DNA from: Candidatus Rokuibacteriota bacterium
GTDB lineage: Bacteria > Methylomirabilota > Methylomirabilia > Rokubacteriales > CSP1-6
Direction of reading: 5' to 3'
Assembly (NCBI GenBank): GCA_016184305.1
Contig: JACPCX010000185.1
Location: forward strand, 1-64,000
DNA length: 64,000 nt
This document shows positions 49,032 to 58,643 of the stretch, in pieces. Position numbers and translations under genes: made by a program. A model generated the notes under the pieces. The model worked only from the letters and a program-made list of their open reading frames with translations, searched no databases and was not told where the DNA came from. Numbering within the stretch: the first letter of the stretch is position 1; each line of letters opens with the position of its first letter.

Positions 49032-49936
49032 AGATCCGGCTCGGGACGCGGGGCAGCCGGCTGGCCCGCGTCCAGTCGGAAGGCGTCGCGGCGGCCCTCC
49101 GCGCCCTTGGCGCCGACGTCGAGCTCCTGGCGATCAAGACGTCGGGGGACCGCCTGGCCCAGGTGGCGCTGGCCGACTTCGGCGGCAAGGCGCTCTTCGT
49201 CAAGGAGATCGAGGAGGCGCTCCTCGGCGGGCGCGCGGACATGGGGGTGCACAGCCTCAAGGACATGCCCGCCATCCTGCCCGCGGGGCTCTGTCTGGCC
49301 GCCTATCCCCGCCGCGAGGATCCCCGCGACGTGCTGCTGACCCGGGGTGGGGAGACGCTCCGCGACCTGCGCCACGGCGCCGTGGTGGGCACGTCCAGCC
49401 TGCGCCGGCGCGTCATGCTCCTGAGCCACCGCCCGGATCTTCGGATCGAGCCCATCCGCGGCAATGTGGACACGCGGCTCCGCAAGCTCGCCGCCGGCGA
49501 TTACGATGCCCTCGTCATGGCGCGCGCGGGGCTCCGCCGGCTGGGGATCGAGCCCGTGAGCGCTTGGCCGCTCCCCGCCCACGACTTCCTTCCAGCCGTG
49601 GGGCAGGGGATCCTTGGGATCGAGGCGCGGGAGTCGGACCGGGCGCTGCTTGAACTTCTCTCGGGGCTCGATCACACTGAGACGCGGGTGCAGGCGGAGG
49701 CGGAGCGTGCCTTCCTGGCGCGGCTGGGCGCCGGCTGCCACACCGCGGTGGCGGGACTGGCGCGGCTCGACGGTGATGCGCTCACGGTGGACGGCTGGGT
49801 GGCGAGCGTGGATGGGCGCACCGTCCTGTCGGCCGCGGTGAGCGGGCCCAGCGCCACGGCCCGCCTGCTGGGGGAGAAGCTGGCCGACGAGCTCCTCGCG
49901 CGGGGCGCGCGCGGGGTGCTGGAGGAAACGCGGTGA
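49028..49936 (+). CDS. hemC: Hydroxymethylbilane synthase
   Basis: GTRGSRLA, VHSLKD, GTSSLRR, RGNVDTR. Confidence 0.96.
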   Translation: MKIRLGTRGSRLARVQSEGVAAALRALGADVELLAIKTSGDRLAQVALADFGGKALFVKEIEEALLGGRADMGVHSLKDMPAILPAGLCLAAYPRREDPRDVLLTRGGETLRDLRHGAVVGTSSLRRRVMLLSHRPDLRIEPIRGNVDTRLRKLAAGDYDALVMARAGLRRLGIEPVSAWPLPAHDFLPAVGQGILGIEARESDRALLELLSGLDHTETRVQAEAERAFLARLGAGCHTAVAGLARLDGDALTVDGWVASVDGRTVLSAAVSGPSATARLLGEKLADELLARGARGVLEETR

Positions 49937-50781
49937 CGGCGAGGACCGAAGTCGGGGCGGCGAGGCCGCTCAGCGGCCGGGTGATCGTCGTCACGCGCGC
50001 GCTCGAGCAGGCGGGGCGCTTCGGCGCGCTCCTCGAGGAGGCCGGCGCCCGGGTGCTGTCCGTGCCGACCATTGCCATCGAGCCGCCTCCGTCGTGGGCG
50101 GCGCTCGACGCCGCGCTCGCCGCGGCGGGCGCCTGCCAGTGGGTGATCTTCACGAGCGTCAACGGCGTGGAGATGGTGCGGCGCCGGCTCGCCGAGACGG
50201 GCCGCGGCGCCGGGGCGCTCCGCGGTCCCCGCGTCGCCGCCATCGGACCGGCCACGGCCGAGGCCATCCGCCGATGGGGCCTCGCCCCGGAGATCGTGCC
50301 GGACGAGTACGTGGCCGAGGGACTCGTGGAGCGCCTGCGGGCGCTGGTGCGTTCCGGAGACCGGGTGCTGCTGCCGCGCGCCGCGGGGGCGCGGGACGTG
50401 CTGGTCCGCGAGCTCTCCGCCATGGGCGCGGCCGTGAACGAGGTGGCGGTCTACCGGACACGGCCCGCGGTCGAAGGGGCCGCCGCGCTCACGGCCGCCC
50501 TCGAGGCCGGCAGCGTGGACGTCGTGACCTTCACCAGCTCTTCCACCGTGCGGCACTTCGCGGCGCTGTTCGCGGCGGGCGAGCTCCCCCGGCTCATGCA
50601 GGGCGTGCTCGTGGCGTGCATCGGCCCCGTCACCGCCTCCACCGCGGCCGAGCACGGGCTCAGGACCGCCATCGCGCCCGCGGAGTACACGATCCCCGCC
50701 CTGGCCCGGGCCATCGCGCTCCACTTCGCCAATGCGCCGGCGGCGAGGTCCGGAGGCGCCGGGCTGCCGCAGCCAGACTGA
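49933..50781 (+). CDS. hemD: Uroporphyrinogen-III synthase
   Basis: VTRA, FTSVNGV, FTSSSTV, IGPVT. Confidence 0.92.
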   Translation: MTARTEVGAARPLSGRVIVVTRALEQAGRFGALLEEAGARVLSVPTIAIEPPPSWAALDAALAAAGACQWVIFTSVNGVEMVRRRLAETGRGAGALRGPRVAAIGPATAEAIRRWGLAPEIVPDEYVAEGLVERLRALVRSGDRVLLPRAAGARDVLVRELSAMGAAVNEVAVYRTRPAVEGAAALTAALEAGSVDVVTFTSSSTVRHFAALFAAGELPRLMQGVLVACIGPVTASTAAEHGLRTAIAPAEYTIPALARAIALHFANAPAARSGGAGLPQPD

Positions 50782-50839
50782 CCCACGGTCAACATGCCGG
50801 CAGGCGTGTTGCGGATGACAGGATGAAAGGAGCTGAACC

Positions 50840-51823
50840 ATGCCGTACCCTTTCTATCGCCCTCGACGGCTCCGCAAGTCCGCCCTCTTGCGGAAGATGG
50901 TCCGGGAGACGGTGCTGCGGACCGATGATCTCGTCCTGCCGCTCTTCGCCGTCCACGGCCGAGGGGTCCGCGAGCCCATCTCCTCCATGCCGGGGCAGGC
51001 GCGCCTGTCCATCGACGAGCTGCTCAGGGAGTGCAAGGACGCGGCCTCCATGGGCATCCCGGCGGTGCTCCTCTTCGGGTTGCCGCAGGAGAAGGATCCA
51101 CGGGGCAGCGAGGCCTACGCCGAGGACGGCATCATCCAGCAGGCCGTGCGCGCCGTGAAGGAGACGATCCCGGACCTGCTGGTCATCACGGATGTGTGCC
51201 TCTGCGAGTACACGAGCCACGGCCACTGCGGGATCGTCGAGGATGGGCGGGTGAGGAACGATCCCACCGTCGACCTCATCGCGCGGACCGCGGTGTCCCA
51301 CGCCGAGGCCGGTGCCGACATGGTGGCGCCCTCGGACATGATGGACGGCCGCGTCGGCGCCATCCGGGAGTCGCTCGACGAGGCCGGCTACGAGGAGACG
51401 CCGATCATGGCGTACTCGGCGAAGTACGCCTCGGCCTTCTACGGGCCTTTCCGCGAGGCCGCCGGCTCCACGCCGCAGTTCGGCGACCGGCGCGCCTACC
51501 AGATGGATCCGGCCAATGGGCTCGAGGCCATGCGCGAGGTGGCGCTGGACGTGGACGAAGGGGCCGACATCGTCATGGTCAAGCCCGCGCTGCCGTACCT
51601 GGACATCATCTCGCGCGTGAAGAGCGACTTCGGCCTGCCGGTGGCCGCGTACTCGGTGTCCGGCGAGTACGCCATGATCCGCGCCGCGGGCCAGCTCGGG
51701 TGGCTCGACGAGGAGCGGACGATCATGGAGGCCCTCACGAGCATCCGGCGGGCGGGGGCCGACATCATCATCACCTACTTCGCGAAGGACGCCGCGCGGC
51801 TCATCGAGCAGGGGCGCCAGTGA
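50840..51823 (+). CDS. hemB: Porphobilinogen synthase
   Basis: [24 protein letters not shown]. Confidence 0.97.
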   Translation: MPYPFYRPRRLRKSALLRKMVRETVLRTDDLVLPLFAVHGRGVREPISSMPGQARLSIDELLRECKDAASMGIPAVLLFGLPQEKDPRGSEAYAEDGIIQQAVRAVKETIPDLLVITDVCLCEYTSHGHCGIVEDGRVRNDPTVDLIARTAVSHAEAGADMVAPSDMMDGRVGAIRESLDEAGYEETPIMAYSAKYASAFYGPFREAAGSTPQFGDRRAYQMDPANGLEAMREVALDVDEGADIVMVKPALPYLDIISRVKSDFGLPVAAYSVSGEYAMIRAAGQLGWLDEERTIMEALTSIRRAGADIIITYFAKDAARLIEQGRQ

Positions 51824-51836
51824 GGATGCCGGCCTC

Positions 51837-52283
51837 GTGAGGATCTCGGCCAAGGGGGAGTACGCCATCAAGGCCATGCTCGACCTGGCCCTGTCGGACA
51901 GCGAGGGGCTGCGTCCCATCCAGGAGATCGCATCGCGCCAGGACATCCCGCAGCGCTACCTCGAGCAGGTGCTTCTCCAGCTCAAGCGGTCCGGGTTTCT
52001 CGTCTCGCGCCGCGGCTCTTCCGGCGGGTACCGGCTGAGCCGGCCTCCCGACCAGATCACGGTGGGCAGCGTGCTGCGGGCGGTGGAGGGCTCCCTCGCG
52101 GGGATCGAGCCGCCTCGCCGGACGGGGCGCGGCCGGCCGGGCGATCAGGCGGGCGATCTGTCCGAGCTGTGGCAGGAGGTGGCCGAGGCCGTGTCGTCGG
52201 TCGTGGACAGGACGACGCTGGCCGACCTCAAGCGCCGGGCCGCGGAGCGGCAGGGCGCGCGACGACCCATGTACCACATCTAG
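51837..52283 (+). CDS. Rrf2-family regulator (CymR-like, no Fe-S cysteines)
   Basis: YLEQVL..SRRGSSGGY, upstream of cysK. Confidence 0.88.
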   Translation: MRISAKGEYAIKAMLDLALSDSEGLRPIQEIASRQDIPQRYLEQVLLQLKRSGFLVSRRGSSGGYRLSRPPDQITVGSVLRAVEGSLAGIEPPRRTGRGRPGDQAGDLSELWQEVAEAVSSVVDRTTLADLKRRAAERQGARRPMYHI

Positions 52284-52285
52284 AC

Positions 52286-53239
52286 ATGGGAGCCATGGGG
52301 CAGAGGCGGCAGAGCAGCGGAGGCCGGCCGCGCATCGCGGGGTCGGTACTCGAGGTAGTGGGGGGCACGCCGCTGGTGAGGCTCAACCGCCTCCCCCGGC
52401 CCGATGGGGCCACGGTGCTGGCGAAGATGGAGTCGCTCAATCCCGGGGGCAGCGTCAAGGACCGGATCGCGGTGGCCATGGTCGAGGACGCTGAGCGCCG
52501 GGGACTCCTCCAGCCCGGCGCCACCGTGGTGGAGCCGACCAGCGGGAACACGGGCATCGGGCTGGCCATGGTCTGCGCCGTCCGCGGGTATCGCCTCATC
52601 CTCACCATGCCCGATGACATGAGCGTCGAGCGGCAGCGGCTGCTGGCGCGCTACGGGGCGGAGCTTCGCCTCACGCCGGCCCTCGAAGGCATGACGGGCG
52701 CCGTGTTCGCCGCCCAGGAGATCCTGCGCGAGCACCCGGAGTACTTCATGCCGCTGCAGTTCGAGAACCCGGCGAACCCGGAGATCCACCGCCGCACGAC
52801 GGCGCTCGAGATCCTCGAGGCCACCGAGGAGCGGATCCACGTCTTCCTGGCCGGCATCGGCACGGGCGGCACGGTGACGGGGGTCGGCGAGGTGCTCAAG
52901 CAGCGGGTCCCGGGCGTACGGGTCGTCGGCGTGGAGCCGGCGCGCTCGCCAGTGCTCTCCGGTGGCAAGGCGCGCCCCCACGCGATCCAGGGCATCGGCG
53001 CCTCCTTCGTGCCCGCGGTGTTGAACCGCGCGATCCTCGACGAGATCGTGCACGTGCGCGACGAGGATGCCATCACCACGGCGCGCCGCCTCGCGCAGGA
53101 AGAAGGGCTCCTCGTGGGGATCTCGGCCGGGGCCAATGTCTGGGCCGCCTGCCAGCTGGCCGGGCGCTTGCCGCAGGATCGCGTCGTGGTCACGGTGCTG
53201 TGCGATACTGGCGAGCGCTATCTCAGCGTGCCGTTCTGA
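52286..53239 (+). CDS. cysK: Cysteine synthase
   Basis: NPGGSVKDR, EPTSGNTG, GTGGT, DTGERYLS. Confidence 0.95.
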   Translation: MGAMGQRRQSSGGRPRIAGSVLEVVGGTPLVRLNRLPRPDGATVLAKMESLNPGGSVKDRIAVAMVEDAERRGLLQPGATVVEPTSGNTGIGLAMVCAVRGYRLILTMPDDMSVERQRLLARYGAELRLTPALEGMTGAVFAAQEILREHPEYFMPLQFENPANPEIHRRTTALEILEATEERIHVFLAGIGTGGTVTGVGEVLKQRVPGVRVVGVEPARSPVLSGGKARPHAIQGIGASFVPAVLNRAILDEIVHVRDEDAITTARRLAQEEGLLVGISAGANVWAACQLAGRLPQDRVVVTVLCDTGERYLSVPF

Positions 53240-53453
53240 AGGGAGGCGATTCGAGGGCCTGCGGGGCCTCGTCAGGAATGAGCAGGGCGAGGTGCACCAC
53301 CACGTGAATATCTACGTGAACAGCGAAGCCATCGAGTCCCTCGCGGGGCTCGCGACGTCGCTCAAGGACGGCGACGAGGTCTCCATCATTCCGGCCCTTG
53401 CCGGGGGCGGGCCGGCCCTCGCCGGGGGCGGCACGCCCTCGACGAGGGACTGA
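53240..53453 (+). pseudogene. MoaD/ThiS/CysO ubiquitin-like sulfur carrier, N-terminally truncated
   Basis: HVNIYVN..LKDGDEVSIIPALAGG. No start codon, duplicated PALAGGG. Confidence 0.75.
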
Positions 53454-53454
53454 G

Positions 53455-53937
53455 CTGAGCCGCGTCATCCTGACGCCGGAGGAGCTCACCCAGGTCCAGG
53501 CGCAGGCGCTTGCCGAGTACCCGGCCGAGTGCTGTGGCGTCCTCCTGATCCGGCCCTCGCGACCCGAGGATCGCTTGCTCCTGCCGTGCCGCAACATCCA
53601 GGACGAGCTGCACACGAAGGACCCGGCCCGGCACCCTCGTGATGCCCGGACCGCCTACTACATCGACCCGAGAGATCTCCTCACCATTGGACGCCGAGAG
53701 GCGGGGGGGTACCGCGTGGCCACCATCTACCACTCCCACATCGACACGGGCGCGTACTTCTCCGACACCGACAAGCGCAACGCGCTGATCAACGGGGAGC
53801 CGGCCTACCCGGACGCCGTCTACGTGGTCCTTTCCGTCGTGGAGGGGAAGGCGGCGGGCGCCGGCGCCTTCGCCTGGGAGCCCACCCGCCGCGACTTCGT
53901 CCCGGCCGACTTCCCAGCCCAGGTGAGTGCCCGATGA
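53455..53937 (+). CDS. JAB/MPN (Mec-like) metalloprotease
   Basis: YPAECCG and [19 protein letters not shown] motif. Start codon unclear. Confidence 0.82.
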   Translation: MSRVILTPEELTQVQAQALAEYPAECCGVLLIRPSRPEDRLLLPCRNIQDELHTKDPARHPRDARTAYYIDPRDLLTIGRREAGGYRVATIYHSHIDTGAYFSDTDKRNALINGEPAYPDAVYVVLSVVEGKAAGAGAFAWEPTRRDFVPADFPAQVSAR

Positions 53938-55292
53938 GCGCCGCAGGCGCGAAGAGGCCGAACCGCAACCCGAAATCCTCCACAGTCAGGCGACCCGAAC
54001 AGACCGCCGCAGGCGCGAAGTCGGATAAACTGTTCGAGAGCGCGCAGCGGGTGATCCCCGGAGGAGTCAACAGCCCCGTGCGGGCCTTCCGCGGCGTCGG
54101 CGGTTCGCCCTTCTTCGTGGCGCGCGCCGAGGGCGCACGGATCGTGGACGTGGACGGCCGCGGCTACATCGACTTCCTCGGCTCCTGGGGTCCGCTGATC
54201 CTCGGCCACGCCGCGCCCGCGGTTGTCGAGGCGCTGGCGGTCGCCGGGCGCCGGGGCACGAGTTACGGAGCTCCCACGGGCGCCGAGGTGGAGATGGCGG
54301 AGTGCCTCAGCCGCGCCGTGCCCTCCATGGAGATGGTGCGGCTCGTCTCCTCGGGGACGGAAGCCGCCATGAGCGCCATTCGCCTGGCCCGCGGGGTCAC
54401 CGGGCGGGACGTGATCATCAAGTTCGACGGCTGCTATCACGGCCACGCCGACAGCCTCCTCGTCAAGGCGGGGTCCGGCGGCGCCACCTTCGGCGTGCCG
54501 GATTCGCTGGGTGTGCCGCAGGCGCTGGCGGCGCTCACGGTCGCGCTACCGTTCAACGATCTCCCGGCCGTCGAGCGGGTGATGACGGAGCGGGGCCGCG
54601 AGGTGGCGGCGGTCGTGGTGGAGCCTGTGGCCGGCAACATGGGCGTGGTCCCGCCAGCGCCCGGCTACCTCCAGGGGCTTCGCGAGATCTGCACCCGGCA
54701 CGGCGCCCTCCTCCTCTTCGACGAGGTCATCACGGGCTTCCGGGTGGCGTACGGCGGGGCCCAGGCGCGCTACGGGGTGCGTCCCGACCTCACCTGCCTC
54801 GGCAAGATCATCGGCGGCGGGCTGCCCGTGGGCGCCTATGGCGGATCGCGCGAGCTGATGAGCCGGGTGTCGCCGCTGGGCGGCGTGTACCAGGCAGGCA
54901 CGCTCTCGGGCAACCCGCTGGCGGTGGCGGCCGGGCTCGCGACGCTGCGAGCGCTCCAGGACCCGTCGGTGTACGAGCGGCTCGATCGGCTCGGCGCGCG
55001 GCTCGAGCGGGGAATCAGGGAAGCCGCGGCCGCCTCGCGGGTGCCGGTCACGGTGAACCGCGTCGGCTCCATGCTCACCGGCTTCTTCACCGAGGGCCCC
55101 GTGACGGATTACGCCTCCGCCAAGCGCGCGGACACGGCGCGCTACGCCCGCTACTTCCACGCCATGCTCGATCGCGGCGTCTTCCTCGCCCCTTCGCAGT
55201 TCGAGGCGGCCTTCGTCTCGCTGGCGCACACCGAGGAGGATCTGGCTCAGGTGGAGCAGGCCTGCCGTGAGGCCATGGCGTTCCTCGTCTGA
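53934..55292 (+). CDS. hemL: Glutamate-1-semialdehyde 2,1-aminomutase with repeat-derived N-terminal extension
   Basis: [32 protein letters not shown]. Confidence 0.96.
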   Translation: MSAAGAKRPNRNPKSSTVRRPEQTAAGAKSDKLFESAQRVIPGGVNSPVRAFRGVGGSPFFVARAEGARIVDVDGRGYIDFLGSWGPLILGHAAPAVVEALAVAGRRGTSYGAPTGAEVEMAECLSRAVPSMEMVRLVSSGTEAAMSAIRLARGVTGRDVIIKFDGCYHGHADSLLVKAGSGGATFGVPDSLGVPQALAALTVALPFNDLPAVERVMTERGREVAAVVVEPVAGNMGVVPPAPGYLQGLREICTRHGALLLFDEVITGFRVAYGGAQARYGVRPDLTCLGKIIGGGLPVGAYGGSRELMSRVSPLGGVYQAGTLSGNPLAVAAGLATLRALQDPSVYERLDRLGARLERGIREAAAASRVPVTVNRVGSMLTGFFTEGPVTDYASAKRADTARYARYFHAMLDRGVFLAPSQFEAAFVSLAHTEEDLAQVEQACREAMAFLV

Positions 55293-55305
55293 CGCTCGAA
55301 GCGTA

Positions 55306-55335
55306 TTGACACTAAGTTTTCCCGCGTGATAGGGT
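55306..55335 (+). promoter_or_regulatory. sigma70 promoter for the act operon
   Basis: TTGACA-N18-TAGGGT with TGn extension. Confidence 0.55.
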
Positions 55336-55398
55336 TCGCAAGGTTGCCTGGGCGAGTGACCGCGTAAGCCGGTCGTCCGGAGTTCCAGATGCACATAC

Positions 55399-55600
55399 AT
55401 GGTGCCGGAGCACGTCAGCGTCCCCCACAAGACCCGGATCCAGGCAGGAGCGACGTGCCAGACATGCCATGGCCCTGTTGAGACGATGGCCGTGGTCGTC
55501 GCCAGGACCGGGCAGCGCCCGGTCGACGATCTCGCGAGCCTCGCGCCCGCGCCTCGTGCGCTGACCCAGGGGCTGGCGTGTGGGCTGTCACCACGAGCAG
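55399..55600 (+). pseudogene. actA: Remnant of multiheme cytochrome ActA
   Basis: VPEHV..PHK..AG..CQTCHGPVETM, and a frameshifted LT.GWRVGCH (degenerate GWCxxCH). Confidence 0.7.
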
Positions 55601-55744
55601 GATGCGGAAAAACTCCGCAGGGCGCTCAAAAAGGTCCAGGTGCGAGGCGGCGAGGGATGCGACGAGCGAGGCGTACTCCGCTTGGCGAGCCGAGCCGGAG
55701 GCGAGGTGAGCGGATCCGGAGATCCGGGCGAGCGTGAGCGAGCC
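55596..55744 (+). mobile_element. Partial MITE plus hairpin repeat module overlapping the actB start
   Basis: AGCAGGATGCGGAAAAAC..GCTCAAAAAGG..GCGAGGCGTACTC matches the reverse complement of 17155-17328. Ends in ATCCGGGCGAGCGTGAGCGAGCC. Confidence 0.75.
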
Positions 55745-58643
55745 GGAAACGCTCCTGCCGTACGTCTCGCCCCCGGAGAACATCGTCCCCGGGATCGCCG
55801 CCTACTTCTCGACCGTCTGCCGCGAGTGCCCCGCCGGCTGCGGCGTCGTCGCCAAGAACCGGGACGGCCGCGTGATCAAGCTCGAGGGCAACCCCGATCA
55901 CCCCGTCAATGCCGGCGCCCTCTGCATCCGCGGGCATGCGGCGCTGCAGGGGCTCTACCATCCCGACCGTTTCCGCGGCGCCCTCGTGGGAGGCAAGGCC
56001 GCCAGGTGGGAGGACGCCGAGAAGCCGGTCGTGGACAAGCTCTCGGCGCTCGCCAAGGCGCGCCAGGGGAGCAGGATCGCCGTCGTGAGCGGGCTTGAGG
56101 CGGGCAGCCTCGCCCGGCTCATGGACGAGTGGACCCGGGCGCTGGGCGCGCGCGCCCGCGTCGCCTACGAGCCCATCGGCTACGAGGCCCTCCGCGCCGG
56201 GAACCGGATCGCCTTCGGGCGAGACGCGATCCCGGACTACGCCATCGGAGACGCCACCTATCTCGTCTCCTTCGGCGCCGACTTCCTCGAGACGTGGCTC
56301 TCGCCGGTGGGCCATGCGTCGGACTTCTCGCGGATGCACGCCTTCGCGCACGGACGGGCGGGCACGTTCGTCCACGTGGAGCCGCGGCTGTCCATGACGG
56401 GCGCCAATGCCGACCGGTGGGTGCGGAACACCCCCGGGACGGAAGCGCTCCTCGCGCTCGGCATGCTCAAGGTGATCCTGATGGAAGGGCTCCAGGTGCC
56501 GGGGGCCGACGCGAAGACGCTGGGCGCCGCAGTGCAAGGGGTGGAAGTGGCCGCCATTGCCGCGGCGTCCGGGGTGGAGGCCGCCACCATCAAGCAGATC
56601 GCCCACGACTTCGCGGCCTCCAGGGGGGGCTTGGCCATCGGCGGCGGGATCGGCGTCTCGGGCGGCAACGCCACCGACACCCAGGTCGCGATCAACCTGC
56701 TCAACGCCGCCGTCGGGGCCGTCGGCACGCGCATCCGGTTCGGCAGCGATTCCGTCGCCGGCACGGCGAGCCCGTATGCCGACATGGTCGCGCTCACCCA
56801 GGCCATGGCGAAGGGCGAGATCGAGGTTCTGGTGCTCGGGGACGTGAACCCCGTCTACAGCATGCCCGCCAAGTCCGGATTTGCCGAGGCCCTGGCCAAG
56901 GTGCCGCTGGTGGTGAGCCTGGCCGGCCGCCCCACCGAGACGACCGCAAAGGCGCATGTCGTGCTGCCCGTGCTGCACTGGCTCGAGTCGTGGGGCGATT
57001 ACGCCGCCGAGGAGGGCGTGGTCGGGCTCATGCAGCCGACCATGGGCCCCGTGGAGATCGATGGGAAGCCGGTGGAGGGCAAGAGCACGGGCGACATCCT
57101 CTTGTCACTGGGCCGCCAGGCCCTCGGCAGCGAGCAGGGCAAGGGTCCCCTCCCCTGGGCGAGCGTCGAGGATCTCGTCAAGGAACAGTGGAAGGCGCTG
57201 GCCAAGCAGGCCGGCCGCGACAAGGACGTCGCCTCCTTCTGGGAGCAGTCGCTCCGCAAGGGCGGGGTCTTCAGGCAGGCGCCGCCGCCAGCGGTGGCGC
57301 TCAGACCGGAGGCCGCGCGCCTCAAGGCCGAGCCCGCGAAACTCGAGGGCTCGGGATCGCATGCGCTGCTCGTGTACCCGTCCCATCGCTTCTTCGATGG
57401 GCGCGGCGCCGACAGCCCGTGGCTGCAGGAGGCGCCTGACAGCATGACGCAGGTCACCTGGGACGGCTGGGTGGAGATCCCGGCCGAGACCGCCAGGACG
57501 CTGGGGGTGAGTCGGGGTGATCTGGTGGCGCTCACGTCGCCCCACGGGAAGATCGAGCTGCCCGCGTACCCATCGGAGTCGCTCCATCCGGGCGCCGTGG
57601 CGGTCGCCATGGGGCAGGGGCACGAGTACGGCGGCCGTTACGCGAAGCAGCGCGGCCTCAATGCCGGCGCCAACCCGATGCGGCTCCTGGGCGGGACGCC
57701 GGAGGCCGCCTCCGGAGGCCTGCCCCACCTGGCCGTGATGGTGGACCTCGCCAGGACGGGCGCGCGCCGCGCGCTGGCGATCCCGCAGTCCACGCACGAC
57801 CAGGACGACCGCGAGATCGCCCAGCACGTGTTCCTCGCCGCGGCCAAGGAGATGGAATTGCGCGGGCGGCCCCCGGAGCAGGCGAGCCACCCGAGCATGT
57901 ACCCGCCCGTCAAGTACCCCGAGCACCGCTGGGGGATGACGGTGGACCTCGACACGTGCATCGGCTGCCAGGCCTGCGTCGTCGCCTGCGTGGCCGAGAA
58001 CAACGTGCCGGTGGTCGGCAAGGAGCAGGTGGCCTACGGCCGCGACCAGCACTGGCTGCGGCTCGAGCGCTGGGAGGAAGGCCAGGCGAGCCACCCCGAG
58101 AACATCTTCCTCCCGATGTTCTGCCAGCACTGCGGCGTGGCGCCCTGCGAGCCGGTTTGCCCGGTCTACGCGGCCTACCACACCCAGGAGGGGCTCAACG
58201 GGCAGATCTACAACCGCTGCGTCGGCACCCGCTACTGCGGCAACAACTGCCCGTACCACGTGCGGCGCTTCAACTGGTTCTACTACACGTTCCCGTCGCC
58301 GCTGGATCTGCAGCTCAACCCCGAGGTCACGGTGAGGCAGCTGGGCGTCATGGAGAAGTGCACCATGTGCGTCCAGCGCATCATCCACGGGAAGGACGCG
58401 GCCAGGGACGCGGGCCGGCCGGTCCGGGACGGCGACATCCGGACGGCTTGCCAGGAGACCTGCCCGACCCAGGCCATCACCTTCGGCGATCTCAAGGACG
58501 ACCGCGCGGCGGTATCCAGACTCTCCCGGTCGCCGCGGGGCTACCACGTGCTGGAGGAGCTCGGCACGCAGCCGGCGGTGACGTACCTGAGAAAGGTCGT
58601 CCGGGAGTCCGGGCTACCGCCGGCGAAGGGCCACAAGGCATGA
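55734..58643 (+). CDS. actB: Alternative complex III subunit B (molybdopterin-oxidoreductase-like + Fe-S), no Tat leader visible
   Basis: CRECPAGC, KLEGNPDHP, CIGCQACVVAC, CQHC..PCEPVCP, CVGTRYC, MEKCTMC. Confidence 0.88.
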   Translation: MSEPETLLPYVSPPENIVPGIAAYFSTVCRECPAGCGVVAKNRDGRVIKLEGNPDHPVNAGALCIRGHAALQGLYHPDRFRGALVGGKAARWEDAEKPVVDKLSALAKARQGSRIAVVSGLEAGSLARLMDEWTRALGARARVAYEPIGYEALRAGNRIAFGRDAIPDYAIGDATYLVSFGADFLETWLSPVGHASDFSRMHAFAHGRAGTFVHVEPRLSMTGANADRWVRNTPGTEALLALGMLKVILMEGLQVPGADAKTLGAAVQGVEVAAIAAASGVEAATIKQIAHDFAASRGGLAIGGGIGVSGGNATDTQVAINLLNAAVGAVGTRIRFGSDSVAGTASPYADMVALTQAMAKGEIEVLVLGDVNPVYSMPAKSGFAEALAKVPLVVSLAGRPTETTAKAHVVLPVLHWLESWGDYAAEEGVVGLMQPTMGPVEIDGKPVEGKSTGDILLSLGRQALGSEQGKGPLPWASVEDLVKEQWKALAKQAGRDKDVASFWEQSLRKGGVFRQAPPPAVALRPEAARLKAEPAKLEGSGSHALLVYPSHRFFDGRGADSPWLQEAPDSMTQVTWDGWVEIPAETARTLGVSRGDLVALTSPHGKIELPAYPSESLHPGAVAVAMGQGHEYGGRYAKQRGLNAGANPMRLLGGTPEAASGGLPHLAVMVDLARTGARRALAIPQSTHDQDDREIAQHVFLAAAKEMELRGRPPEQASHPSMYPPVKYPEHRWGMTVDLDTCIGCQACVVACVAENNVPVVGKEQVAYGRDQHWLRLERWEEGQASHPENIFLPMFCQHCGVAPCEPVCPVYAAYHTQEGLNGQIYNRCVGTRYCGNNCPYHVRRFNWFYYTFPSPLDLQLNPEVTVRQLGVMEKCTMCVQRIIHGKDAARDAGRPVRDGDIRTACQETCPTQAITFGDLKDDRAAVSRLSRSPRGYHVLEELGTQPAVTYLRKVVRESGLPPAKGHKA

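Noticed and set aside
50790..50811. Hairpin CAACATGCC-GGCA-GGCGTGTTG between hemD and hemB as a riboswitch
   Set aside because: Too short and without a recognisable aptamer. At most a stabilising hairpin.
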